A stretch of DNA of 64,000 nt from Phoronis australis (lineage: Eukaryota; Animalia; Phoronida). Numbering within the stretch: the stretch's first letter is position 1; each line of letters begins with the position of its first letter. Location: the NCBI GenBank assembly GCA_002633005.1, contig NMRA01000117.1:124001-188000 (forward strand). The letters are read 5' to 3'. A program made the translations under genes and the position numbers. The notes under the pieces were generated by a model that saw only the letters and a program-made list of their open reading frames with translations, was not told where the DNA came from and made no database searches. This document shows, one piece after another, positions 11,168 through 24,500 of this stretch.

Positions 11168-14100
11168 TGTAGCAAATTATTTCACATAATACCAATCATG
11201 ATTAAGTTGGGAATTGAAAATTAAAATACATATTTCAATAAATATAATGGTCACCGAAAGATTGAAGTCTGGTCTCGGGAGTGAAGTAATTCTCTCACTT
11301 TACAAACGTGTCTCATCTTCGAGCCAGTTATGATAGATGAAATATCACCAACATGGCAAAAAAAAATAAATTATCATTTGTAATTATGTTCCACATAATT
11401 TCAAGCTTTTTGATCAGGTAATTCAGCATTCATAAGGGCATTTCAAACCAATGTCAATGCAGCGACGTTTTGAGGAGTGATGGTCGGCATGTCAGTTTTG
11501 GTTAACAGGGAAAGTCCACTAACTTCACAGGAAATATTGTAGGTAGATTGAACAGTGGAGTGTGGACACTTCGATGTGGTATGAAACGAAAGCTTAGGAG
11601 TCAGCAGAATGATCGGCAATCGTCGCATTCAATGATGGCGAGACTTGTGGTTTTAACTGATCTCTTTCAAATATTAACCATTCTTACACTATAAACACTA
11701 TAAGCAGTTCTGCTTCATTTATCACCCGAACACGTATATTGTATTAAAAATTTAGAAAAATTACGCCCCCATATTTTTGAAAGCCATCTTGCAAAGACTT
11801 CAGACTGTGACAACTTTTTGCTCATTCACTATTGAAGCCAGTCAGAAAGATTCAATTAACTTTACCATTTACATTGAAGCTCCTCTACTATCCACGATAC
11901 TGGGAACTACACAAAGTTTGTTGATCACTTCACGGGTCAACTTTAAGTACACTGAAGTGAAAAGTGCACCGTTTGCGAATTCTGGCTTACTTATTTTACA
12001 AAAGCGCAGAATAGGAACACTTTAATTGCGACTGTTCTGCATGAAGGTTTGGAATCAGTAAACATAACTGTTAAGTTGAATTTCAAGGTACAGTGTGTGT
12101 AGTTCAAAGGGCCTGTTGTCTGAACTTTTTTCTTAAGCCTTTAAATTCAATACAAAAGATTTGTACTATTTTGAAGGGTGCAAAGTGCAAAGGATGGTTC
12201 AACTGCCAAGAAATTAGTGATCTTATTTTCTTTTACCAATTGAGTTCCACGGAGGAAAGGCCTATATTCCGAAGGTAAAGGTTGTGACAAATAGCAAGTT
12301 GGGTTAACAGGCCTTTTGACTACCAGACTATCCTCAAAATTGTCATTGTCATTGTACCAACAACTAACAATATTTGTTGAATAACACAGTACTTATAGAT
12401 CTCTTAAATTCAAGAATATCCAATATCTAGAGGCATGATTTGGGAGGGGTCAAGTGGGGTGTCGACAAATGATTTGTCTTCAAGCGCTTGTGAAATTTCA
12501 TTTAAAAGCCCACGGAAGTACATTTTACAGCAACTTAGCTTTTACAGAAAATCTTAAGCATTAAAATGGAAGCAGGAAATGAGGGTAAAAATGTCGAAAT
12601 CGGGTACAGGCATATTACAGGCTGCTCATACCAAAACACCAAAACACATTGTCCAACTTACAACACTTCAAACTACAGGTTGGTACCCCCACACTAGAAG
12701 TAAGTAAAAACAATTAATTCACCGTTAAAAATATTTATTAAATAAACCCAAAGAAGTAAAACATTTCAGTCTTCAGTGGTTGATAACTGAAACTAACTTC
12801 TAACAATTTACAAGACAGAAATTTTCTCACCAGGGCTCCGTTTCAAAAATTTTTTTACCACATAATCAGTAGACATCCACATCAGTTGTGTGTATTCAAG
12901 ATGCAAGTTCAGTTTTTGCTGCTACAGCAAGTGGAGTGACTCCAACATTGTACAAACGCTAGCAGTATAGAATACATCAGACAAGGGAAATTTTCTGGCA
13001 CAAATCCAGGACAAACGTCACCTAACTATGCAGATGACTTTAAGTGTTAATCAGGTCACAGGCGGCAGACCCAGCATAAAATTAGACACTATCAACAAAA
13101 ATAACACAGATGGCAGCAATGAAATGAAATGAAAAGAAATTAAACTGAACTTTAAATGTTTTCAAAAAGCTACACATTCTGACAATGGAACACAAAGACT
13201 AATAGTTTGGAAAACAAAACCAATTACAAACTACGATTACTCTCAACAATGCAAGCTTACGTATTCTTACCACTAGCAAAATTCAAAAGTGCACTTCATA
13301 TTCAAGTCGATATAGCAGAGATGAGTCATGAAATGGTAATCAAGCTCAATATCTTTTGTAGGAAAAGCCTGCTTTGTGTTCTCCACCTAACACACTGTGT
13401 CTAGGCTCATTCCACACTGTCTGCTACATAGCTAATTAGTGTGACATACAATCTCAGCCAATTATTGAGCTGCAGAGACAAAAAACTTTGCAATACGACA
13501 TCACTAATGAAGACAATTTTTTTTCTAGAACAGATAGGATTTAACGCAGGCATTGTCATGTATCATGCACTAAGTGAATACGAAGCCATCATAGGTCTAA
13601 AACTACAGGCACGCAGTGAACTTTTTCTACTCCACGAGAAAGAAATTACTTAACAGGCTGATTATCCCAACCAATTGTACATCAGTAACTTCACTACCGC
13701 CAATGTCCGGTCACAGGAAACAACTTCCCACACTCAAACCTACACTATATTCCTCTTGTAAAACCTCAGTCATGCACTTGGATGTGACTGTAATAGAAAG
13801 AATTATGTATAAAATGAGGCACAGTATGTAATAAACATAACATGACATGATCTCTCTTTTTATAATACATACAAAGTTTTCTTCATGCAGTTCCGGTAGT
13901 CAGAGATCAAATCTGTGTAATACAAGTATTTTAGTGCTACATATTTTTGTGTTTTATTGTTTTATTTCATGCAGTCACAAATTATGGTATTCTCTCCAGA
14001 TTACGAATGCACTATCATTACAACAAAACAAATAATGAACTCTTTTCAATTAGTTTTCTCTTTTAGATAATACAAACACTGAAGACTGGCACTGCGAGCT

Positions 14101-17100
14101 CTTTCTTTGGTAAGTACGAATGGTACTTAACTTACAAGAGATGAATTTTTTTCAGAGACAAACAACCATGCTACAACATGATGCAAAAGGTGCTACGTAT
14201 CTCCCTTTGCAGAAAATACCGATGACCATGATCTGAACGGCATTCAAAATATGCGCTGTATATGGCAGTCACTTTGATTCAACTGATCACTTTTTGACTA
14301 CAAAATTCTTGATATTTTGTATTGTCTCATAAACAAACTATATAACCTAATGATTCCTTGACCGAGTAAGCGACAGCTGTCTTGTCAAAAACAGACGAAG
14401 CCTGGTCTGCATGACGCATAGTTTCCAACTGTCCCATTTTTAGCAGCACCGTACGCTATATGAAGCTGCGTCCCATCACAGTATCAAATTGTCCAATGTT
14501 TTAACATATGCGGCGAAATCTACGACATAAGTAAGCTGTTGCGTTACTGCATGACTGCATTTACTTCTACTTCCCTTAACTCCAATACTAAATAAACATA
14601 GTTCTGAACATTCCCTCTTGCCGTACCCTAGATCCAGATGTCCGCCTTCTTCAGTTTAGAAAGTTGGCTACGTTGACATCAGAAAAAAGATGCAAAACAA
14701 AAAAGGAGCCAACCATTTTGTCAGTGTCATTGACAGCAAATATAGCAAATGATATCACCGAGCTCGTTCACTAATTCATACCGCATGCAGCTAAAACAAG
14801 CATTTAAGTTAAATTCAATAGGTGAAACTTCAGTTTGCAGGACTTGTGCTTTTGAAAGAAATACAACGAGTAGAAGAACTACTATCGAGCTCAATCCCAG
14901 TCAGCCATGTTTCAGCTGCGTTGCATTTATTTTGTAGTAATGCAGTGTAGGTCTTGGGGAGTACCCATCAAATGCCTCACGCAGCTCAGAGTATTTCATA
15001 AAATATGTATACATGTCCGATTTTGAATCACAAAAATTCTTACTTCCTGCCAGTAATGCAGAATAGTCAGGGCCCAGGGTCTTATCTTCACACTCATACT
15101 TGAAACTTAACCAATCACGCTACATATTTCGAGTACAAATTACAGAAAAAACTGTAGAATTTAGGATGCCAAAATTCAATTGATTCTAAAGATTAAACAT
15201 CATATTTCTTAAATTTCCATCACTAATTTTGTATCAGCAGAGTCTGGAAATAAGCTCGACAGAAAACAAAATTGTCAAAGATAGTTGTCGACGCAACATT
15301 TTTGTTCGTTACCCGAAATTCGTTCTGTTGGAAATGAAACCACCGGCTGTGAAAATTAGGTGCGAGTCTTTTTCAATGCCAATCAAAGAGGTGTAAGGCA
15401 TTTGTGCGTACACGCTTCCGTGGTTTAGTGTTCTCCATGCGGAGACTCTCATACATCGGCTCCAAGGTAAGCAAGAGGATTTTTACATCCCAATTAAAAA
15501 ACAACACTTGATTATGAATTTATGCATGGATAAGCCATGGAAATCATTGGGAGATAACTGGCCAGAATGTTTTAAGACCTTGTACAAGCATGACTCAGTG
15601 AGAACAAATTGCTGCATTTTATCTAATGACGAACTTTACAACTATTGAATTCTGTATCAAAGCTCAGCAACCATTTTAATAACACATTGTCAGTTGTTTG
15701 TGTCTCCAGACTGGAGATTTTTTACCTACAGTAAGTTCATTCGAAGCACACAATGCCAATTTTAGAGTCAAGTTCTGAGCACAGAGATTAGAACACAGGT
15801 CCAGGCCTTTTTGTGCACTCAGTATACACTTCTGCAAACTCAGGGCAACACCACTAATGGCAAATGGTAGAGCAAATCACACAAACGACATACCAGAGCA
15901 GTAGGCACTTCAAATTTAAATTTTCTCTGTGGGGGTATTTAATCTTCCAAAAGTTGGGAGGGTTGTTGATGTAAGCCTAAGCATATCTGCCCAGAGTTAC
16001 GATGAACAATCACTATGAAAAGTACAAGCGCCCCCTCAAGTTTTGATTTGGCATTAAATGGGACTTCTGATGGGGGTAACCTGAATGCAAGAAGCGCAAT
16101 TAGTTAATGGTAGAGGTGAAATAAGAATTGATACGGTAACAATGACCAAAATTACATGTATTTAACATATCTAAAAGCCATTTGACTTGCTATTTTCCAC
16201 CTTTAAGTTCTTGGCAGGTACTGTATCACATTCCACACTCATGAAACTTTTGACCTATTAAGGGATCACAATACAAACCCAGATTACTTTTCAGTGGGAT
16301 GATTTACAAAGGAAGGACTTGGTAAAGAAAGTTACACAGCAATGGAAAATGGAGGCATTCATAATGCAGCCACGGCATTCATAATGCAACCACGTATGCA
16401 GAAAGCACTCAACCAAATCAGACCAGAAAACCTTATCAGGGTTAAGAACTAGTGTTTGGTCTTGCTTCAAAAATATTTACACAGTTAAACCATTCATGTT
16501 TATTCAATGCCCCAGTTGTGTAAAAAGTACTTCACCAAACACAAACGTAATGTATTGAAGCACAGTCACACACTGTGCAGGAGCAATATTTGATGGAGCA
16601 TGATCGTGGTTTTCACTTAAACAAAACCCATTTCAGTCATAACAATGAAGTTCAGGTGTGAATGAGAAAGGTGTAGTAGTGAACTTGGGGCAACTTTGAA
16701 AATATTGCTAGGAGACATGCCGGTGAAAAATTAGGACACCCTGATTTTTAAAGAGAAAGCATTATAGAAATGAACTTTCTTTTAAAACTTCTAGAGAATT
16801 GGGAAAATATTAGCTTCAGACAAACAGAAAACCCGGCAGCAAAAACACTCCTTTTACAATTCCTAAACCCTAATATGAGCTCGTGCAATTTCGTAGGAAA
16901 AAACTTTTGCAGGGAAATTGCCATTAATTGAAAAAGTCCACCTTCTGAGTGGCACATTCTATATCCATCAACGTGAGATAGGAAGGAGGAAAACTTTGCA
17001 TTAACAAATACTACACAAACACAAGTTTGTCCTATGTCAAAAATTGAAGACAAAATAAAACAATTAGAAAAAGATGTAAAAGGTCACAAAGTAAAAACCC

Positions 17101-18490
17101 AGCTGAAGAAGGTTGCAGAGTTCAAGCAAGGAATGTGCTAGAAGACATTTTACCACCCAAGTCTCTCCAAAAACAATTGTTCAAACCATCAACCATATTG
17201 AAAAATGAGCTTGTTAAATTCCTTAATGTCAACCCAAAGAATTTGACCAGGGGATTAAAAATAAAGGGCCGGAAATGGTTCATCAAATCACCGCAGTCAG
17301 GTATCAGGTAAACGGTTGGCTTTTGTTGTACATATCAACAGGTTCTTTATATACTGAGAAACATGAACAATGACGTGGATCATTTTTATTTAACACTCCG
17401 TGACCTGTGAATCATTTGACGGCTATCAACTTAAAAAGACTGCAATAAAAATTCCTTTTTATATCACTATTGAATGCAGCAGGAGATGTATGTCAATTGC
17501 AAACCGATTTATCATAAAAATTGGAGGAAACATAAATCAAACTAGGTACACAGGATTTTCTCACTACACTTGCTCATACCTAGAGGGGTCATGAGGTCAT
17601 TAGCAGCTATGTTAGTTTTGTAGGTCATCTGTGTATATTAATCCACAAAGATGCATCAAACTCATTTCAACAAGTTTTAAATTGAGAACTTTGCAGAATC
17701 AATTCAGCAAACTAAATTAGTTTTAATATACTACCTAATGGTGTTTGCTCTTATCAATTCTGTTACACCGGTTTTTAAATTCACTTTAATCCCAGTTTTA
17801 TTTGTGTTGCACGGATTTTTTCAAAAGAAAAGCAGTAAATAGTTTTCTTACAAGAGCACGGAAAATGCAACATACCTAACACTGCGACAAGTGTGCAACC
17901 ACATGACGTTCATGGTCATAACCGAAAGGGACACCTGGTGGAGGGATGTGTAACTAAACTACAACCAGGTGAATGGTGAACAGAATGACCTGGCAAGTAC
18001 AAGATTTCATGTTCTCAAAAATAACTTAGACCTACACAATTTCTTGGTGTAAACGAAGATTGATTTGCAAAAAAAAAAAACAACCACACAACATTAAGTA
18101 AACACAGACTCAGTGATCTAAGAGAGGTTCAAGCACAAAAAAGAAACCAGGAAAAGGGTTAAGCAAGAAGATGCAAAAACCAATACATACCATGACTGTA
18201 TTTCCATCTGGAACAGTATAAACCATGTCAGGACACGCAAAAAATGACAGGCCACCCCAGTGGTTGAAAAGACACGGTGCCATGGCGTAAACGAACACGA
18301 AAAATGGCGAAGTACAGTAAAACAATTACAAGATTTCTTGAAAGCTGAAAATTTTGTAATATTGTAGTGATCAAGCTAGAGAATGAGAGCACAGGTTTTA
18401 CAGTCAGAGAGTGTAAACCTGATGAAATGTTTAAACACTTGAAGTCAACAGACTACAGGATTTATATGAACTGTAAATAACACTTACCTT

Positions 18491-18569
18491 TTACCCAAGC
18501 CCAACATCGAGAGACATCATAACAATGAAGCCAACTACCGTTCCCCATGATGCAAGTTTACCATTTCCA
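18491..18569 (-). CDS. SLC39A11: ZIP11 coding exon 9 (last coding exon)
   Basis: attatag|[25 protein letters not shown] with a TAA stop. Confidence 0.96.
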
Positions 18570-21500
18570 CTATAATTAAGACAAAAACACAAGTCATAAG
18601 AACAACTACCATGATAACTACATCCTCACATACTACAACTGTCTTTCACTCTCTTCAACTACACCACATCAGAGCCAAGCGTAGAACTTGAACAGTCATC
18701 CCGTTATATAAAAAGTGTTAAACACAGAATGTGCATTGAAACAATTCTCAACTTGGTCTGCTGTATGAACCGCAGCACAAGGTTTCAAGTTGTTGGTCAA
18801 TGAACTCACCAAGTTTGCGCCTCAGGTATGATGTCATCAACAACCACATAAATCATGGCTCCTCCAGCAAATGCCAGTGCATATGGCAGTAGAGGCTCAG
18901 CAACAACAACAGCAAGAGCACCAAACAGGCCTGCCAGAGGCTCCACCATTCCACTCAATTGACCATACCTTCACCAAACAAATGAAGAATCACTTTTAAC
19001 ACGTGGGTCTAGAAAAGGTTAGTGCATTTGCTGTGCACTTACAATACTGGTCCCATTGCGCTCATGACCTGATTAAGACTCATGGGAAGCCCTCAACATG
19101 GGGTTACTCTCATGGGTAAAGTCTTCCTATTTGCTTTTTCAGAAATTTGGAAAGACTGATAACCCTGTATGACATGGCAACTTCCTCCAGACAGGCTATG
19201 TGTCCATCGAGTAGAAAGCTGCAAAGTCTTTGACCAGCAGGACAAATCTCAACTAAATGTAGACAGAATCTCAGCTTCCACGCCACACTAATAGGGCAGT
19301 TTGAGCATGTCATGAGGCCAGCGATGTTTCGATGCCAAGCTAAGTTTTAGTGCCCAGTAATTATCTAGTTCACCTGCAGAATAGCAAGCCTATCCAGACG
19401 AAAGAATTTCTTGGAATCCCCCGATTCAGTAGGGCCTGGGCTGAAATAGTTGTTTTGTTTGCTTGTAGATGGAGCTTTTCCGACATGCATCTGCAGATAC
19501 TTTGAGAAACTACTCTTTCACCTATGCTTTGCAGCACCTGTAAGAGATTGGTATGCAGGACTCTGGTATAAAAACAGGAGTATCTGTTCCACGTTTTGCA
19601 AGGTATTCAGTAGCATCATTACTATCAATGCCAACATGTGCTTTGACACAGTTGACATGGACAATTTATAAAGCTGTGACTAAGCTCACCCAGGCAGCCA
19701 CACACAGACCCTGGGATGGTTTTGAGTTTGGATAGTGTTATAATGGCTACATGACATGCCGGAGAGTATAAAGAGCTCCTTGCTACCAAGTGCTGCTTTA
19801 TGATCTCTAGCCAGTTAAACAGCCTGATAGAAGCCAACGAGTTCGTTCTGAAAACTGGTGCAAATTTGCTCAGTGATGTCCAGGTATGTTTGCCATAATT
19901 GGGAAAGGAAATTCCTGATCCAGATTGTCCACTACAAAGGTTAAGAGACTTAGAGCCATCACAGTTGATCAGCAATACCCCGTTCACTTTTGCAGGTAGC
20001 AAGCTCTGACAGTAAATGTGAATGGTTACAAATGTCACTTTTGCTGTAAGTTTGAGTTACCCCCAAAACTGATAGAAGTGTTTTCACTTGCACTTTTGCA
20101 GTCAAACCACTAACTTCAAAGAACACACATTCGTCATAGGGTAAGAGGCCTTTGTTTAATGTGGTGTTAATCATGGCAAAAAGTGAAGTGTTTTGACATT
20201 AATGTTTGCTTCAAGTGATTCCTTTAGAGAGTAAAACTAACTGTCAGCAAAAATGACCCTTTCACAGACACCTCATCTATCTGGCTGAAACGTCAACATT
20301 ATAGCCACTCATCTGAACCTGATATATGATTTGTGATTCCATGACAATCTCTACTTTCTGTGCTGAAAATGTCTTCAAGATTAAGATTCATTACTAGAAT
20401 GTCGCTAGGGGTTATACACCATTTTCACCTCCAGATCAACATAACCATTTGTGTTGCCTTTCTATTGATCTCCAAATCTACTGACTTAGTGCATCAGATA
20501 GGCTGTTAAATGGGAACGTAGCCATTTTTGATGGTATGTTTAGTAAAAGTAGGCTATACATGGATCACTGGTCATTATACACTTTTGCACATTAATCATT
20601 GGTCTTCTTGTTTGTATTTTCTATCAATGAAGAATATGTATAGGTAAATAAAACAACAAGAATGGATCAACCATTGATCTATTCTTGTTGTTTTATTTAC
20701 CTAATACATTCTACATTTTGTGAAACAACAGTATCCTTGAGAGGATCTGGATACTTTCTACGTTATCTATCAATGAAACCATAGAAAAATTTATTCAAAA
20801 AGATTTATGATTATCAAAACGTTTGGTCCATTAGACAGGGACAGCTGAATAGAACTGATGCATACAAGTCAGGTCAAGGGACACAATGATCAGTATCTGG
20901 AATAGGCGAAGGTGGTAGACTTTTTACAGCAGCTATAAACCTGCATTCCGTACAAGAAGCAAACTTTTAATTTAAACTACTGATCGCTGACTGTTAAAAA
21001 TTGGTCTGGACATGTTCCTTACTCACGTATGAATTTATTTCTGGATTATCGAAGAGCTGACAGTTCACTATTCCTTGAGACCTTGCTTGTCAAATAAAAC
21101 AAAATGTCACGACAAGCCAAACTCTAGAGCATAGTTCCAAGCAATAACTAACTGCCAGTTCTTTCAAAGTTATAAAATGACCTCCAATTTGACTAGGGAA
21201 CAGTTTTAGATTAATTTCATGTCAGTAAGTGGTCTAAATCAATAGATGGGTGTGAATTTATTCTTGCTTTAAGTGGGATTGTTTAACAGCAGATTTCTGA
21301 AACTTGCGACTGCATGTTTTCTGAAAGATGTGTATACGGAACAGAAGTTTCATTTCTTAAAATGATTACCGTATTCGCCGTAATAACCGCCCAGGGTGAA
21401 ATCGAAAGCTAAGATTCATCAAATTTACGCTCTGTGACGTATCTGTAATCTATGAAAGACTTTCAACAAAACTGTAGTGCATTGCTATCAAACTTTGCTA

Positions 21501-24500
21501 CTTAATTACGATCATTTTACAGAAAATTGTTCTGAAATCCCAGGGCGAAAACTCGCCGACTAACTGCCTCGAAATCGCTGTCTTCGATATGGCAACTTCA
21601 ATGCTTGAATAAAAATAGTTTCAACTCAAGCAAATTACCTGAAATCTTCATTAGTTTTCTAACGTCTCTAAGATTTTTTTTAAGTTCCCGTGGAGTCTGG
21701 ATTAACGACAGGTTTAAGTACAAATCTGTGCAACATCGTGCCATCTACATGTATGATCGGCAACACGACGAGAAAAATGTCTGGACGAACACACGTTGTT
21801 GTCACGTGACGTTTGTTTTGAAGTTCGTCTGCAATTGTGAGTAAGCGAGCGCGTGCGTGTAACCAGAGTTCATTTGCCAAAGCAGAGACCGTCTTTTGGC
21901 CAGAGCCACGCAATCTAACGAGCTAGATGTGCATTGATTGTGTCTAAAGAAATTTGAACAAGCAGTAGACATAAACCAGAGCGTGTTTCATTCAGCACTT
22001 GCCGGTCTCATGTGCTAAAAACGTTCGACATTTGTCTCAGTAAGGCCCATATTAGTCGCCGTGTAGCTGGATGCGTACGTACATGTAACTATCTGACAGT
22101 TATTTTTCGGTGTAAGGGTGTGTAAGGATTCACTGTCAGTTGTCATTTTATTGGATATTCGGCTTAAAAACACCAATTATGGTTAACCAAACAATCTATC
22201 TCAAAAATAACGCAAAAATGTTTTATAGTATTAGAAATTGTCGGAAATTAGTGCCAATATTCATTTCTTACCGATGCTATGCTACCCATTTCATGAATGG
22301 ATAGTTCCCAAGTACTGTCTTTGATGACAGGTTCATATATGTAGCGCGCGCTTCCCGGCCACGTGCATTTAACGAGTTATTTTTATTCGTGAGACAGTCA
22401 ATGTGTCTGTACTGAAAGGTCAGACAATAGTAGGACACGGTTGTCATGAGAGTAGCAACGCTGTTGCGTTCTTTTTGAAGCGCTGAATTACTTTGAAGTG
22501 TATAGCCACGGCTAAATACAAAAGTAACAGTGCCGCTGGTGGTCTAGAAGACCTGTGCAAAATTTTTTTTGATAAATTGAAGATGTTACTGTAGCCCAGT
22601 TTTAGGACTTTAGGTGCGTCATTGTTCGCACGTACACGTTCATGGACTGGGCGCTTATTTCAGCAAAGTCTGAAAATGCGTGGGGGGCGCTTAAAGGGGC
22701 ATGGGCGGTTATTACGGCGAATACGGTATTACAAAAAATATAATGCACAATAACTGAAGTAAAGCCCAAACAAATTTCTTCACAACATAGGTCGTTGAAC
22801 AATGTGAATTTCTTAGATAACTAGCTTTAGAGTGCTACCTGGCTAAAAAATATCATTGTTTTCTGACTGTATGGGACCACATGTTTCAGGTGGGCACAAA
22901 AATACAATCTTAAGGTAGGTGGATACACAAAAAAATTAATTTTGACTGTTTTTTACATTTTTATGTCATCCTAATCTTTAATTCTTGATGCACAGTATAC
23001 TGAAGAAAATTAAAATCATTCTGAAAATCCAAAGTTGTTTTTTTAGCTATATTTGACCAAACCTCAGTAAGTCATATGGCTTGAGTGCTCACCAGCTCAG
23101 TGATTGACAACTGGGGCGGAGCTTATATACAAGGACACTAGCTCTAATCTAACCCTGTCAACAAGCATTGCGTAACCGGGCAATCGAGAGTGATGTACCA
23201 GCTGATATTGGTGTTGTAGCAAGACCAAGAATAAAACAATTCTATTTTTGACCATGTGAAAGTTAGTAGTGAAATGGTGAACTAGCTCCTGTTCCGAGCC
23301 TGAGCCTGTTTGTCTATCTGCAAAAAANNNNNNNNNNNNNNNNNNNNNNNNNNNNNNNNNNNNNNNNNNNNNNNNNNNNNNNNNNNNNNNNNNNNNNNNN
23401 NNNNNNNNNNNNNNNNNNNNNNNNNNNNNNNNNNNNNNNNNNNNNNNNNNNNNNNNNNNNNNNNNNNNNNNNNNNNNNNNNNNNNNNNNNNNNNNNNNNN
23501 NNNNNNNNNNNNNNNNNNNNNNNNNNNNNNNNNNNNNNNNNNNNNNNNNNNNNNNNNNNNNNNNNNNNNNNNNNNNNNNNNNNNNNNNNNNNNNNNNNNN
23601 NNNNNNNNNNNNNNNNNNNNNNNNNNNNNNNNNNNNNNNNNNNNNNNNNNNNNNNNNNNNNNNNNNNNNNNNNNNNNNNNNNNNNNNNNNNNNNNNNNNN
23701 NNNNNNNNNNNNNNNNNNNNNNNNNNNNNNNNNNNNNNNNNNNNNNNNNNNNNNNNNNNNNNNNNNNNNNNNNNNNNNNNNNNNNNNNNNNNNNGAAAAA
23801 ATTATTAAAATTACGCTGTAAACAAACAGGTATGTCACATTTTCTAAATATGAAGTAAATATCAGCTTTATTTCTAGAACTTCAACAAAAATTGGAACAT
23901 AATGACCACGCATTCTGAACGAAATTTGATCTCAAGTGGCAATCGATGACAGCTTAACTTCAAAGCCGTTTTTCTCGGCTCGTGATTTCAGGATAGTGAC
24001 AAGATTCTCGGGCCTATTTTTCCACAACACGTGTGTCAATTTTTACGAAAGTTGCAAATTTGAAATCCTCTAGGACTGAAGTAAAATCGCGTGCCAGGGT
24101 TTTTTGATAAATGGACCAGATTTTTAGTTATTAGACGGAAAGTGACCAAATGACAAAAAGTGGCGTGCTTGCCCAAACTCACACACAAAAAATGCCACAA
24201 AATCAAGATCATAATGATTTTGTACATATATTTGGTATGGATAAGTAGAATATTGCGTAAGGAAACAGTTGATGATGATCCCTGTGCATTTTGAAAAAAA
24301 ATTCGAGGTAAAATTGGATTTTTTGAAAATTAAAAAATACGATTTAAAAAAAAACGAACTACAACAAAAAACTTTTTTTTTCGAGTTTTGTCACTTTCAG
24401 AGTCATGTCTAACTAGTTAAAACTTCCTTTTTACTCATTTTAGTTGGGAACCTGAAGATTTGATCAGTGTATACACCTACCTTAATTGATAATGCTCAGA

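Noticed and set aside
16750-17140. A-rich plus-strand coiled-coil-like frame (KIEDKIKQLEKDVKG...)
   Set aside because: It is short and interrupted by stops, with no splice support or recognisable family; at most a decayed transposon ORF.
23310-23913. 182-aa and 199-aa ORFs
   Set aside because: Artefacts of the N gap.
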